Positions 23,654 through 32,800 of a stretch of 57,490 bases of DNA are shown here, piece after piece (within the stretch, counting starts at the first letter, position 1; every line of letters starts with the position of its first letter). This DNA is from Betaproteobacteria bacterium (lineage in GTDB: Bacteria > Pseudomonadota > Gammaproteobacteria > Burkholderiales > SG8-39). The notes below the pieces were generated by a model. The model was not told the origin of the DNA and searched no databases. It worked only from the letters and a program-made list of their open reading frames with translations. The translations under genes were made by a program, and so were the position numbers. The stretch lies in assembly GCA_022340705.1 (NCBI GenBank), contig JAJDNJ010000065.1:1-57490 (forward strand), in the 5' to 3' direction.

Positions 23654-24601
23654 ATGGTGGTCACGCACGGCACAGCGCAACCAGGCCGCGGGCCGGGCGC
23701 GTGGACGATCGGAAACTTCGACGGCGTGCACCTCGGTCATCAGGCGATGCTCTCGCGCGTGATCACGGTGGCGCGGCGCAAGGGCCTCGCCGCAGGCGCG
23801 CTCACTTTCGAGCCCCTGCCGCGCGAGCATTTTGCCGCGCTGCGCGGCGCGCCGGCGCCCCCGCGCATCTCGCGCCTGCGCGAGAAGCTGGAACTGTTCG
23901 CCGCCGCGGGCCTCGACCGAGCTCATATCGCGCGCTTCGACGCGCGCTTCGCGGCGCTCGCGCCGGAAGCGTTCGTCGAGAACGTGCTGCGCCGCCGATT
24001 GGAGACCGCCTGGCTGCTGGTGGGGCGCGATTTCCGCTACGGCGCCGGGCGCAAGGGCGATTTCGCGGCGCTCGAACGCGCGGCCGCCGATTCGGGCTTC
24101 GAGCTCGAGGCGATGCCCGAGGTGAGCGACGCGCAGGGGCGCATCTCGAGCTCGCGCGTGCGCGAGGCGCTCGAGCGCGCCGATTTCGCGTCCGCCGAAC
24201 GGCTGCTCGGCCGGCCCTATGCGGTTTCCGGGCGCGTGGTGCACGGTGCCAAGCTCGGCAGCACGCTCGGCTTCGCGACTGCGAACATCGTGCTGCCGCG
24301 GCGCGCGCCGCTCGCGGGCATCTACGTGGTCGAGGCGCAGGGCGCCGACGCCACGAGCCCGGCGCGCTGGCTGCACGGCGTGGCGAGCATCGGGCGGCGC
24401 CCGACGGTGAATGCGCTGCCCGCGCCGCTGCTCGAGGTGCATCTGTTCGAGGTGAGCGAGGCGCTCTACGGGCGGCATCTGCGGGTGCGCTTTCTCGAGC
24501 GCCTGCGCGACGAGATGAAATTCGACGATCTTGCCGAGCTGCGCGCGGCGATCGCGCAGGACGTGGCGCAGGCAAAGGACTATTTCGCAACACATGGCTG
24601 A
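23654..24601 (+). CDS. ribF: bifunctional riboflavin kinase / FMN adenylyltransferase
   Basis: [22 protein letters not shown], and the kinase domain GFATANI...GIYVV...RPT. 315 aa. Confidence 0.93.
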   Translation: MVVTHGTAQPGRGPGAWTIGNFDGVHLGHQAMLSRVITVARRKGLAAGALTFEPLPREHFAALRGAPAPPRISRLREKLELFAAAGLDRAHIARFDARFAALAPEAFVENVLRRRLETAWLLVGRDFRYGAGRKGDFAALERAAADSGFELEAMPEVSDAQGRISSSRVREALERADFASAERLLGRPYAVSGRVVHGAKLGSTLGFATANIVLPRRAPLAGIYVVEAQGADATSPARWLHGVASIGRRPTVNALPAPLLEVHLFEVSEALYGRHLRVRFLERLRDEMKFDDLAELRAAIAQDVAQAKDYFATHG

Positions 24602-27413
24602 CTACAAGAAAACACTGAATCTGCCTGATACGCCGTTCCCGATGCGCGGCGACCTCGCCAAGCGCGAGCCGGGGCGCGTCAAGCAATGGCAGGACAAGGG
24701 CGTCTACGCGCGCCTGCGCACGATCGCCAAGGGACGCCCGAGGTTCGTGTTGCACGACGGCCCGCCGTACGCGAACGGCGACATTCACCTCGGCACCGCG
24801 GTGAACAAGATCCTCAAGGACATGGTGGTCAAGTCCAAGTCGCTCGCCGGGTTTGATGCGCCCTACGTGCCGGGCTGGGACTGCCACGGCATGCCGATCG
24901 AGGTCCAGATCGAAAAGCAGTACGGCAAGCACCTGCCGGTCGAGGAAACGCAGCGCCTGTGCCGGGCCTATGCCGAGGAACAGATCGCGCGACAGAAGGC
25001 CGATTTCCGCCGCCTCGGCGTGCTCGGTGATTGGGACGATCCCTACCTCACCATGGCACCGCGCAACGAGGCCGACGAGATTCGCGCGCTCGGCGTGCTG
25101 CTCGCGAAGGGCTACGTCTACCGCGGGCTGAAGCCGGTCAACTGGTGCTTCGACTGCGGCTCGGCGCTGGCGGAGGCCGAGGTCGAGTACGAGGACCGCA
25201 GGGATGCGGCAATCGACGTCGGGCTCCAGCTCGACGACGCCGAGCGTGAAAAGCTCGCGCGCGCCTTCGGACTCGATGCGGCCCCGCAAGGTCCGGTGTT
25301 CGCGGTGATCTGGACCACCACGCCCTGGACGATCCCGTCCAACCAGGCGCTAAACGCGCACCCGGACATCGAGTACGCGCTGGTGGAAACGCCGCGCGGC
25401 GCGTTGATCCTCGCCAGCGAGCTGAAGGACGCCTGCCTCGCGCGCTACAAGCTCGAGGGCCGGACGCTCGCAACCTGCAAGGGCGCGGCGCTCGAAGGCG
25501 TCGCGTTCCGTCATCCCCTCTACGAGCGCCGCTCGCCGGTGATGCTCGGCGAGTACGTCACGCTCGACACCGGCACCGGGGTCGTGCACTCGGCGCCGGC
25601 CTACGGCGTCGAGGACTTCGAGTCCTGCCGGCGCTACGGCATGAAGGACGACGACATCCTCACGCCGGTGCAGAGCGACGGGCATTTCGCCGCGTCGCTG
25701 CCGCTGTTCGGCGGGATGATGATTTGGGACGCGAACGGCGAGATCGTCGCCGAGCTCGAGCGCCGCGGAGCGCTGTTCGCGCGCGAGGACTACGTGCACA
25801 GCTACATGCACTGCTGGCGCCACAAGACGCCGGTCATCCTGCGCGCGACCGTCCAATGGTTCGCCGGGATGGACGCCGTGCCCGGCTGGCAGGGGGCGAA
25901 GCCGGCCGAGACGCTGCGCACGACCGCGCTGCGCGGGGTCGAGGCGACGCAGTTCTTTCCGGGCTGGGGCAAGGCGCGCCTCTACGGCATGATCGCCAAC
26001 CGCCCGGACTGGACGCTGTCGCGCCAGCGCCAGTGGGGCACGCCGATGCCGTTCTTCGTGCACAAGGAGACCGGCGCGCTCCATCCGGAAACGCTCGAGC
26101 TGCTCGAGGCGGTCGCCAAGCGCGTCGAGCTCGGCGGGATCGAGGCCTGGCAGACGCTTGATGCGCGCGAGTTGCTCGGCGCCGAGGCGGCGCACTACGA
26201 GAAGGTCAAGGACACGCTCGACGTCTGGTTCGACTCGGGCTCGACGCACCAGACCGTGCTGCGCGGCTCGCATGCTGCGCTCGGCTTTCCCGCCGACATG
26301 TATCTCGAGGGCTCGGACCAGCACCGCGGCTGGTTCCACAGCTCGCTGCTCGTGTCCTGCATGATGAACGGCGAGCCGCCCTACAGGTCGCTGCTCACGC
26401 ATGGCTTCACGGTTGACGGCGAGGGGCGCAAGATGTCCAAGTCGCTCGGCAACACCGTCGCGCCGCAGCAGGTTTCGAGCACGCTTGGCGCCGAGATCCT
26501 GCGCCTATGGGTGGCAAGCACGGACACTTCCGGCGAGCTGTCGATCTCCGACGAGATTCTCAAGCGCGTGGTCGAGTCCTACCGCCGCGTGCGCAACACG
26601 CTGCGCTTCCTGCTCGCCAACACTTCGGATTTTGATCCGGCGCGCGACGCGGTGCCGGTCGAGGACATGGTCGAGATCGACCGCTATGCGCTCGCGCTCG
26701 CCGCGCGTCTGCAGGACGAGGCCGCCGCCGACTACGCGCGCTACGCCTTCCACCTGGTTGCGCAGAAGCTGCAGACCTTCTGCTCCGAGGATCTCGGCGC
26801 GTTCTACCTCGACATCCTCAAGGACCGGCTCTATACCTGCGGCGCGCGCTCGCAGGCGCGCCGCTCGGCGCAGACCGCGCTCTGGCACGTCACCTCGAGC
26901 TTGGTGCGGCTGATGGCGCCGATCCTGTCGTTCACCGCCGAGGAGGCCTGGCAGCTGTTTCGCGCCGATCCCGAGACCAGCGTGTTCTACGAGACGCTGC
27001 ATGACTTCCCAGCGCTGGCGGACGCCGAGATGCTCCTCGAGCGCTGGACACGGCTGCGCGCGCTGCGCGCCCCGGTGCGCAAGCGCATCGAAGCGCTGCG
27101 CGCGGCGGGCAAGGTCGGCTCCTCGCTGCAGGCCGAGGTCGACTACCGCGTCGCGGAGGCCGACCGCGCCCTGCTCGCGAGCCTGGGCGAGGAGCTGCGC
27201 TTCGTGCTGCTGACCTCGGCTGCGCGAGTGCACGCCGGCAGTGCGGCGGGCGACGAAGACGCCGCGGTCGAGGTGGCGCCGAGCGCGCATGCGAAGTGCG
27301 AGCGCTGCTGGCACTACACCGCCGACGTCGGCGCCGATCAAGCGCATCCGCAGCTTTGCGCGCGCTGCGTCACGAACCTGTACGGCGCGGGCGAGGTCCG
27401 GCGCCATGCCTAG
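24594..27413 (+). CDS. ileS: isoleucine--tRNA ligase
   Basis: Track ORF trimmed to ATG 24594 ([26 protein letters not shown]). It has the HIGH-type motif [11 protein letters not shown], the KMSKS motif and a C-terminal zinc knuckle (CERCWHY...CARC). It overlaps ribF by 8 nt. Confidence 0.97.
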   Translation: MADYKKTLNLPDTPFPMRGDLAKREPGRVKQWQDKGVYARLRTIAKGRPRFVLHDGPPYANGDIHLGTAVNKILKDMVVKSKSLAGFDAPYVPGWDCHGMPIEVQIEKQYGKHLPVEETQRLCRAYAEEQIARQKADFRRLGVLGDWDDPYLTMAPRNEADEIRALGVLLAKGYVYRGLKPVNWCFDCGSALAEAEVEYEDRRDAAIDVGLQLDDAEREKLARAFGLDAAPQGPVFAVIWTTTPWTIPSNQALNAHPDIEYALVETPRGALILASELKDACLARYKLEGRTLATCKGAALEGVAFRHPLYERRSPVMLGEYVTLDTGTGVVHSAPAYGVEDFESCRRYGMKDDDILTPVQSDGHFAASLPLFGGMMIWDANGEIVAELERRGALFAREDYVHSYMHCWRHKTPVILRATVQWFAGMDAVPGWQGAKPAETLRTTALRGVEATQFFPGWGKARLYGMIANRPDWTLSRQRQWGTPMPFFVHKETGALHPETLELLEAVAKRVELGGIEAWQTLDARELLGAEAAHYEKVKDTLDVWFDSGSTHQTVLRGSHAALGFPADMYLEGSDQHRGWFHSSLLVSCMMNGEPPYRSLLTHGFTVDGEGRKMSKSLGNTVAPQQVSSTLGAEILRLWVASTDTSGELSISDEILKRVVESYRRVRNTLRFLLANTSDFDPARDAVPVEDMVEIDRYALALAARLQDEAAADYARYAFHLVAQKLQTFCSEDLGAFYLDILKDRLYTCGARSQARRSAQTALWHVTSSLVRLMAPILSFTAEEAWQLFRADPETSVFYETLHDFPALADAEMLLERWTRLRALRAPVRKRIEALRAAGKVGSSLQAEVDYRVAEADRALLASLGEELRFVLLTSAARVHAGSAAGDEDAAVEVAPSAHAKCERCWHYTADVGADQAHPQLCARCVTNLYGAGEVRRHA

Positions 27414-27888
27414 GGCGCTGCCCTGGTTCGCGCTCGCCGCCGCGCTGCTCGTCGCCGATCGCCTGACGAAGTTCGTGGTGCTCGATGTCTTCGCGCCGGG
27501 CGAGCGCGTCGCGGTGACCGGCTTCTGTAACCTGGTGCTGGTGTTCAACCGCGGTGCGGCGTTCAGTTTTCTCGCCGGCGCGGACGGCTGGCAGACGTGG
27601 CTGTTTGCCGCGATCGCGCTGGTCGCCGCGCTCGTCGTGAGCTGGATCATCCTGCGCGCGCCCGGGCGCCGGCTGTTGTGCACCGGTCTTGCGTTCATCC
27701 TCGGCGGCGCGCTCGGCAATCTCATCGACCGGCTGCTCTACGGCCATGTGGTCGATTTCATCGACCTGCACGCCTTCGGCTGGCACTGGCCGGCGTTCAA
27801 CGTCGCCGACAGCGGCATCACGGTCGGCGCCGGGCTCGTGCTGCTCGAGGGCTTCCTGCATCACGCGGACGCGGCACCGCGTGCCTGA
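27406..27888 (+). CDS. lspA: lipoprotein signal peptidase II
   Basis: Trimmed to ATG 27406 ([22 protein letters not shown]). It carries [10 protein letters not shown] and the catalytic Asp blocks in GNLIDR and FNVADS. 160 aa. Confidence 0.93.
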   Translation: MPRALPWFALAAALLVADRLTKFVVLDVFAPGERVAVTGFCNLVLVFNRGAAFSFLAGADGWQTWLFAAIALVAALVVSWIILRAPGRRLLCTGLAFILGGALGNLIDRLLYGHVVDFIDLHAFGWHWPAFNVADSGITVGAGLVLLEGFLHHADAAPRA

Positions 27889-28324
27889 ATCCGGGGCGCA
27901 GCACGGGCGCCTGATCACGCTGCATTACCGCATCGCGCTCGCCGACGGGACCGAGGTGCTCTCGACCTTCGGCGGCGCGCCGGCGACGCTCGCGCTCGGC
28001 GCGGGCGAGCTCGCGCCTGGGCTCGAGCGCTGCCTGGCGCAAATGGTGAGTGCGGGCGCGGGCGAACGTCGCGTCTTCGAGCTCGAGCCGGAAGACGCGT
28101 TCGGCGCGCACCACGGCGCGCTGCTGCGCAGCCTGCCGCGCAGCGCGTTCGATGCGGGGATCGCGCTCGAAGCGGGCGGGGCGGTGGAATTTTCGGCGCC
28201 CGACGGCTCGCGTCACCTCGGCGTGGTGCGAAGCCTCGATGACCGCACCGTCGAGGTGGACTTCAACCATCCGCTCGCCGGCCGGCGCCTGCGCTTCGAG
28301 GCCGAGCTGGTCGCGGTGCTCTGA
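27881..28324 (+). CDS. fkpB: FKBP-type peptidyl-prolyl cis-trans isomerase (SlpA/FkpB type)
   Basis: Trimmed to GTG 27881, giving 147 aa. Blocks are [24 protein letters not shown] and [19 protein letters not shown]. It sits in the conserved ileS-lspA-fkpB-ispH order. Confidence 0.88.
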   Translation: MPESGAQHGRLITLHYRIALADGTEVLSTFGGAPATLALGAGELAPGLERCLAQMVSAGAGERRVFELEPEDAFGAHHGALLRSLPRSAFDAGIALEAGGAVEFSAPDGSRHLGVVRSLDDRTVEVDFNHPLAGRRLRFEAELVAVL

Positions 28325-28359
28325 GCGGCTGCAGCGCAGGCGTAGGAGGCACGATTCAG

Positions 28360-29319
28360 GTGCACAATTCGCCCATGGACGTGATTCTCGCCAACCCGCG
28401 CGGCTTCTGCGCGGGCGTCGAGCGCGCGATCGAGATCGTCGAGCGCGCGCTCGAGCGCTACGGCGCGCCGATCTACGTGCGCCACGAGATCGTGCACAAC
28501 CGCTACGTGGTCGAGAACCTGCGCGCCAAGGGCGCGGTGTTCGTCGAGGAGCTCGACGAGGTGCCTGCGGGCGCGACGGTCGTGTTCAGCGCGCACGGCG
28601 TGTCGCAGGCGGTGCGCCGCGAGGCCGCGGCGCGCGGCCTCGCCGTGTTCGACGCGACCTGCCCGCTGGTGACCAAGGTGCACGTCGAGGTCGCCAAGAT
28701 GCTCGCCGCGGGGCTGGAGGTGGTGATGATCGGGCACCGCGGGCATCCCGAGGCCGAGGGCACGATGGGGCAGGCCGAGCAGGGCATCCACCTGGTCGAG
28801 ACGCTCGGCGACGTCGCCGGGCTCGCGGTGCGCGATCCTTCGAGGCTCGCCTACGTCACCCAGACGACGCTTTCGGTCGACGACGCGCGCACGATCGTCG
28901 AGGCACTGCGCGAGCGCTTTCCCGCGATCCGCGGGCCGAAGAAGGATGACATCTGCTACGCGACGCAGAACCGCCAGGACGCGGTCAAGCTGATGGCGCC
29001 GCAGTGCGACGTGGTCATCGTGGTTGGCTCGAAGAACAGCTCGAACTCCAACCGCCTGCGCGAGGTCGCCGAGCACGCGGGCGCCGACGCGTACATGGTC
29101 GACAGCGCCGCCGACTTGAGGCCCGAGTGGGTTTCCGGCCGCCGCCGCGTCGGGGTGACCGCCGGCGCGTCCGCACCCGAGGTGCTGGTCGATGAAGTGA
29201 TCGCGCGGCTGCGCGCGCTCGGCGCGCGCGAGGTGCGCGCCCTCGAGGGCGTGCACGAAACCGTGGTATTCACGCTGCCGCGCGCGCTGTCTGGAGCGCG
29301 CGCCAGAAAGCCCGCCTGA
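28360..29319 (+). CDS. ispH: 4-hydroxy-3-methylbut-2-enyl diphosphate reductase
   Basis: [31 protein letters not shown] and [13 protein letters not shown] contain the three Fe-S cysteines. An alternative ATG lies at 28375. Confidence 0.95.
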   Translation: MHNSPMDVILANPRGFCAGVERAIEIVERALERYGAPIYVRHEIVHNRYVVENLRAKGAVFVEELDEVPAGATVVFSAHGVSQAVRREAAARGLAVFDATCPLVTKVHVEVAKMLAAGLEVVMIGHRGHPEAEGTMGQAEQGIHLVETLGDVAGLAVRDPSRLAYVTQTTLSVDDARTIVEALRERFPAIRGPKKDDICYATQNRQDAVKLMAPQCDVVIVVGSKNSSNSNRLREVAEHAGADAYMVDSAADLRPEWVSGRRRVGVTAGASAPEVLVDEVIARLRALGAREVRALEGVHETVVFTLPRALSGARARKPA

Positions 29320-29820
29320 TCAGCGCGGCGCCTTGCCGCTCGGCGCGTCGAAGCTGACTTCGATGCGCATCAGCGCGCGCACCCGCTTGCCGTCCTTCAT
29401 CGCGGGCGAGAAGCGCGCGCCGCGGAATGCCGCTGCGGCCGAATTCTCGAAGCCGTAGCCAGGCGGCGTGGCGCGCTCGACCTCGACGCGCTCGACCATC
29501 CCGTTCGCGTCGATGTACAGGCGAACCACCGCCTTGCCGCTCAGATTTGCGCGCGCGGCGCGCTCCGGATAGGCCGGGCTGACGCGCACCTTGATGCCGG
29601 GGCGCACGTCGAGCTCGTTCGCCGGGTAGTGGCGCGAGTCCGGCACCGCCGGAGGGGCGGGCGCGATAACCGGCGCGGGTTTGCCCGGGCCGCTCGCGGC
29701 CAGCGCGCTGGCGCCGCCGAGGGCCGCGAACAGGACGGCGCAAGCCGCCAGAACGCCGCCGGCGGCAGCTGCGCGAGGCAGCCTGCCGCCGGAGGGCGAG
29801 GAGAGCGGCGCGTGGGTCAC
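29320..29820 (-). CDS. TonB C-terminal-domain protein (membrane-anchored)
   Basis: 166 aa. An N-terminal anchor (GGVLAACAVLFAALGG) and a Pro-rich linker (KPAPVIAPAPPAVP) precede a TonB_C fold (VSPAYPERAARANLSGKAVVRLYIDANGMVERVEVERATPPGYGFENSAAAAFRGARFSPA). It lies 25 nt downstream of pilY1 on the same strand. Confidence 0.75.
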   Translation of the reverse strand: MTHAPLSSPSGGRLPRAAAAGGVLAACAVLFAALGGASALAASGPGKPAPVIAPAPPAVPDSRHYPANELDVRPGIKVRVSPAYPERAARANLSGKAVVRLYIDANGMVERVEVERATPPGYGFENSAAAAFRGARFSPAMKDGKRVRALMRIEVSFDAPSGKAPR

Positions 29821-29845
29821 GCCGGTATCGTACCTGTACCGTGCA

Positions 29846-32800
29846 TTACTGGACGATCAACTCGCGCCAGGACACCCGCTTGCCCTCGATCGAAGGCGGG
29901 TTGACCGGCGTCGCCTCGGTGAGCTGCTGGTTGTCGGCCGTGGTGACGATCGTCTTCACCTCACCGCCCGGCAGCTGCACCACGTTGATGCCGACGATCA
30001 GCGAGGCCGCAATCCGGTTGCTCGCCGTATTGGCTGTCGCGCCCGGCACGTAGGCGCCGGTGCGGAAGTCGAGGAAGTTGATCCAGCCGTAACCGCCCGC
30101 CACGCAGGCGTCGGAGGTCGGGTTGTTCGACGGGATCGCCAGCGTGCCGAGCTGCAGCACCGGGTCGACGTTGACCCGCTCGCCGGCGTCGGGCAGATCG
30201 ACGAACCAGCCCTTCTTGGTGTTGAAGTCGACCGGATTCGCCGTCGTCGTGCGCTCCGTCGCCGGATCGCCTCCAGGGTTGTTGTTTGGCGAGAGGGTTT
30301 GCTGCACGAGGTCGCCGCCGCGCAGGTCGATCGCGTCGCTCGTCAGATCGTCGCGAATCGCCCAGATCGTCTGCTGCTGCGTCGTCGTGAGGTCGGTCGT
30401 GCCGAGCAGCTTGCCGGTGCCGATGAACACCACCCGGTAGTTCGAGATCTCGCCGAGCTCCGGCTTGGTGGTGATCGGCTGCGGGTTGTTGGTCGGGTCG
30501 AGCAGCGTCGTCAGCTTGTAGGCCGTGCCGTAGCCGGCCTCCGACGGGTCGAGCTGGAAGCGCCAGAGGTTGCCCTTCAGGTCGCCCGCGTAGACGGTCA
30601 GGGCGGTGTTGTCGAACGCCGCGTCGTCGACCCAGGCGTTGAGCTTGTTCAGTCCGCTCGGGTCGGGCGTGCCGAGGGCGCAGGGCGCCGTGGTGCTGAT
30701 CCCGTCGCAGCCCACGCCGGTGCCGATGCGCTGCAGGATCGCGCCGGTCTGCGCGTCGAGCAGGTAGAGGTAGCCCTTGCCGTCGCCCGGGTTCACGTTG
30801 TTGTGGCCCGAGGTGACGATTACCACCCACTTGCCGTCAACCTTGCGCTTGGCGATCACCGGGGTGCCGAAGCTGAACCCGAGGTTGCAGTCGGAGGTGT
30901 AGCCGACGATGGCTGCGTCGCTCAGGCCGCAGGTCGTCGGGTCGGCGAGGTTGCCGCCCTTGAATTCCCACAGCCCTTTCGGGTTGTCCGGGTCGCTGAT
31001 GTCGAGCGCGTAGTAGCCGCGTCCGCCGGCGTTGAGACCCGCGACGAGGATCGTGTGCCAGTTGGTCTGCGCAGAGCAGGGCGAGGCCGTGCTGTGGCCG
31101 TAGCAGACGTCGCCCACGGTCGGCGTGCCGTCGGTGTAGTACTTGTGGATGAACAGCAGCGGCGTCTCGGCCAGGTTCTTGAGGCCCGGCCCGACCATGC
31201 TCGGAATGAACGCCCAGCGCTCGGAGCCCTCGCCGACGTCGGGCGAGGTGTTGAGCGTGCCGGTGAAAGTATCGTCCGACGTTTGCGTGGTCGCGATCCC
31301 GCCGGTCTGATAGTAGGGGTTGTTGTCCGGGTCGGTCTCGAAGGCGTGCAGCATGCCGTCGTTCGCCGCCCCGAACACCGTGCCCTTGCGGGTGCTGACG
31401 GTGCCGTCGGTGGTCTGCTTGTACTCCTGGTAGTAGGGATCTTTGCCCGCGTTGGCGCCAATGTTGTAGAAGAAGGGCGAAGCCTTCACGTAGGCCGGCT
31501 GCGCGTTGACGATGTCGCCGAGCAGGCTTTCGCGGTTGCGGAAGAGATCCGTCGGCGCCGCGCCGCCCGTGGTTTCGTTCGCCTGATCGCCGCGCAGGAA
31601 GTCGACCAGCTTCTGGGCCGAGACGAAGGTGTCGCGCCCGCTGCCGTCTGTCGTCCAGCCGCCGTACTGGGTGAGCAGGGTCGGGTCGAACCAGGCCATC
31701 TCGGCCGCCGACAGCTCGCCTTCGGCGGCATCGCAACCCGGGTAGAGGCCGGTGCCCGAAGCGCCCGGCCAGCAGAACGCCTTGAGCAGGTTGCCGTTGC
31801 CGGAGGTCGGCGGATTGTTGTCGGATCCGTCGAACATGTAGAGGTGACGGTCGGTGTGGCTGCGCTGGTCGAGGAGCAGCGCGGCCGACCACAGCTCACG
31901 GCTCGCGACGATGCCGCTCGCGAGGTCGATCGTGCGCGCCTTGAGGTCGCCGGTCCAGGACACGGTCTGGTACTGCGCAGTGAAGGCGAAGTTGTCGCCC
32001 GCCACCGGCTGCAGGTTCGAAGTCGCCGCCGCCGCGCCCGCGCCGACGCGCTTCTGCACCGCGCTCAGCGCCTCGATGATGCCGTTGGTCAGCGTGACCG
32101 GGTCGCGCGTCGAGAAGAAGGTGCCGCGCGCGTTGACCGCGGCGTGCCACAGGTCGTCGAGCGCGCTCTCGCTGTCCGCCGACGGCACCGGCCAATCCTT
32201 GGTGCCCTGCTTGATCGCGACGAAGTCGCCCGTGGTCTGCGTCTGGTAGTTCGGATCGTAGTTGAGCAGGCCGGCGAGGCCGAGACCCACGGTGTAGGTC
32301 ACCATGTGCTGGTGCGGCGCGCTGTCGTTCTGCGTGGTCGGCGAGAAGTCGTCGAGGTCCGTGCGCAGGTCGTTCTTGTAGTAGTACATCGCGACGTCGG
32401 CGAGCGTGTTCGACGCTTTGCCTCCGCCGCCGTCGTAGGCGCCGACCGCGCGCGTCGAGTAGCCCGCGTCGACGTTGTCCTGGTTGCCGATCGAGCCGCC
32501 GGAGAGGTCCTGCCCGGCGTTGCCGTTCCAGTAGCCGTCCGTGGTCAGGATCGAGTAGTTCGGCTGGCAGGAGGCCGTGATCGGGCTGCCGTCCATGCCG
32601 CTGTTGATCCCGCTGGTGACTCCGGCGAAATAGCGGCCGACGCGCGAGAGCGCCTCACGCAGCGGCGTCGAGCCGTGGTCTTCCTGGTCGTAGAGATGGG
32701 TGTACCAGGTCTGGCGCTGGGTCGTGTCGAAGTTGTCGACCTTGACGTAGCGGTCGGCCTGCACCGGGCTGCCCGGGTTGATGGTGATGAACCCGATCCG

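Noticed and set aside
31586-31594. RGD tripeptide in PilY1 (VDFLRGDQ, residues 1175-1177), reminiscent of the integrin-binding RGD of P. aeruginosa PilY1
   Set aside because: The Arg-Gly sits in a block that seems generally conserved at the start of the PilY1 C-terminal domain. A tripeptide is expected by chance in a 1750-aa protein. No adjacent Asp-rich calcium site is visible.
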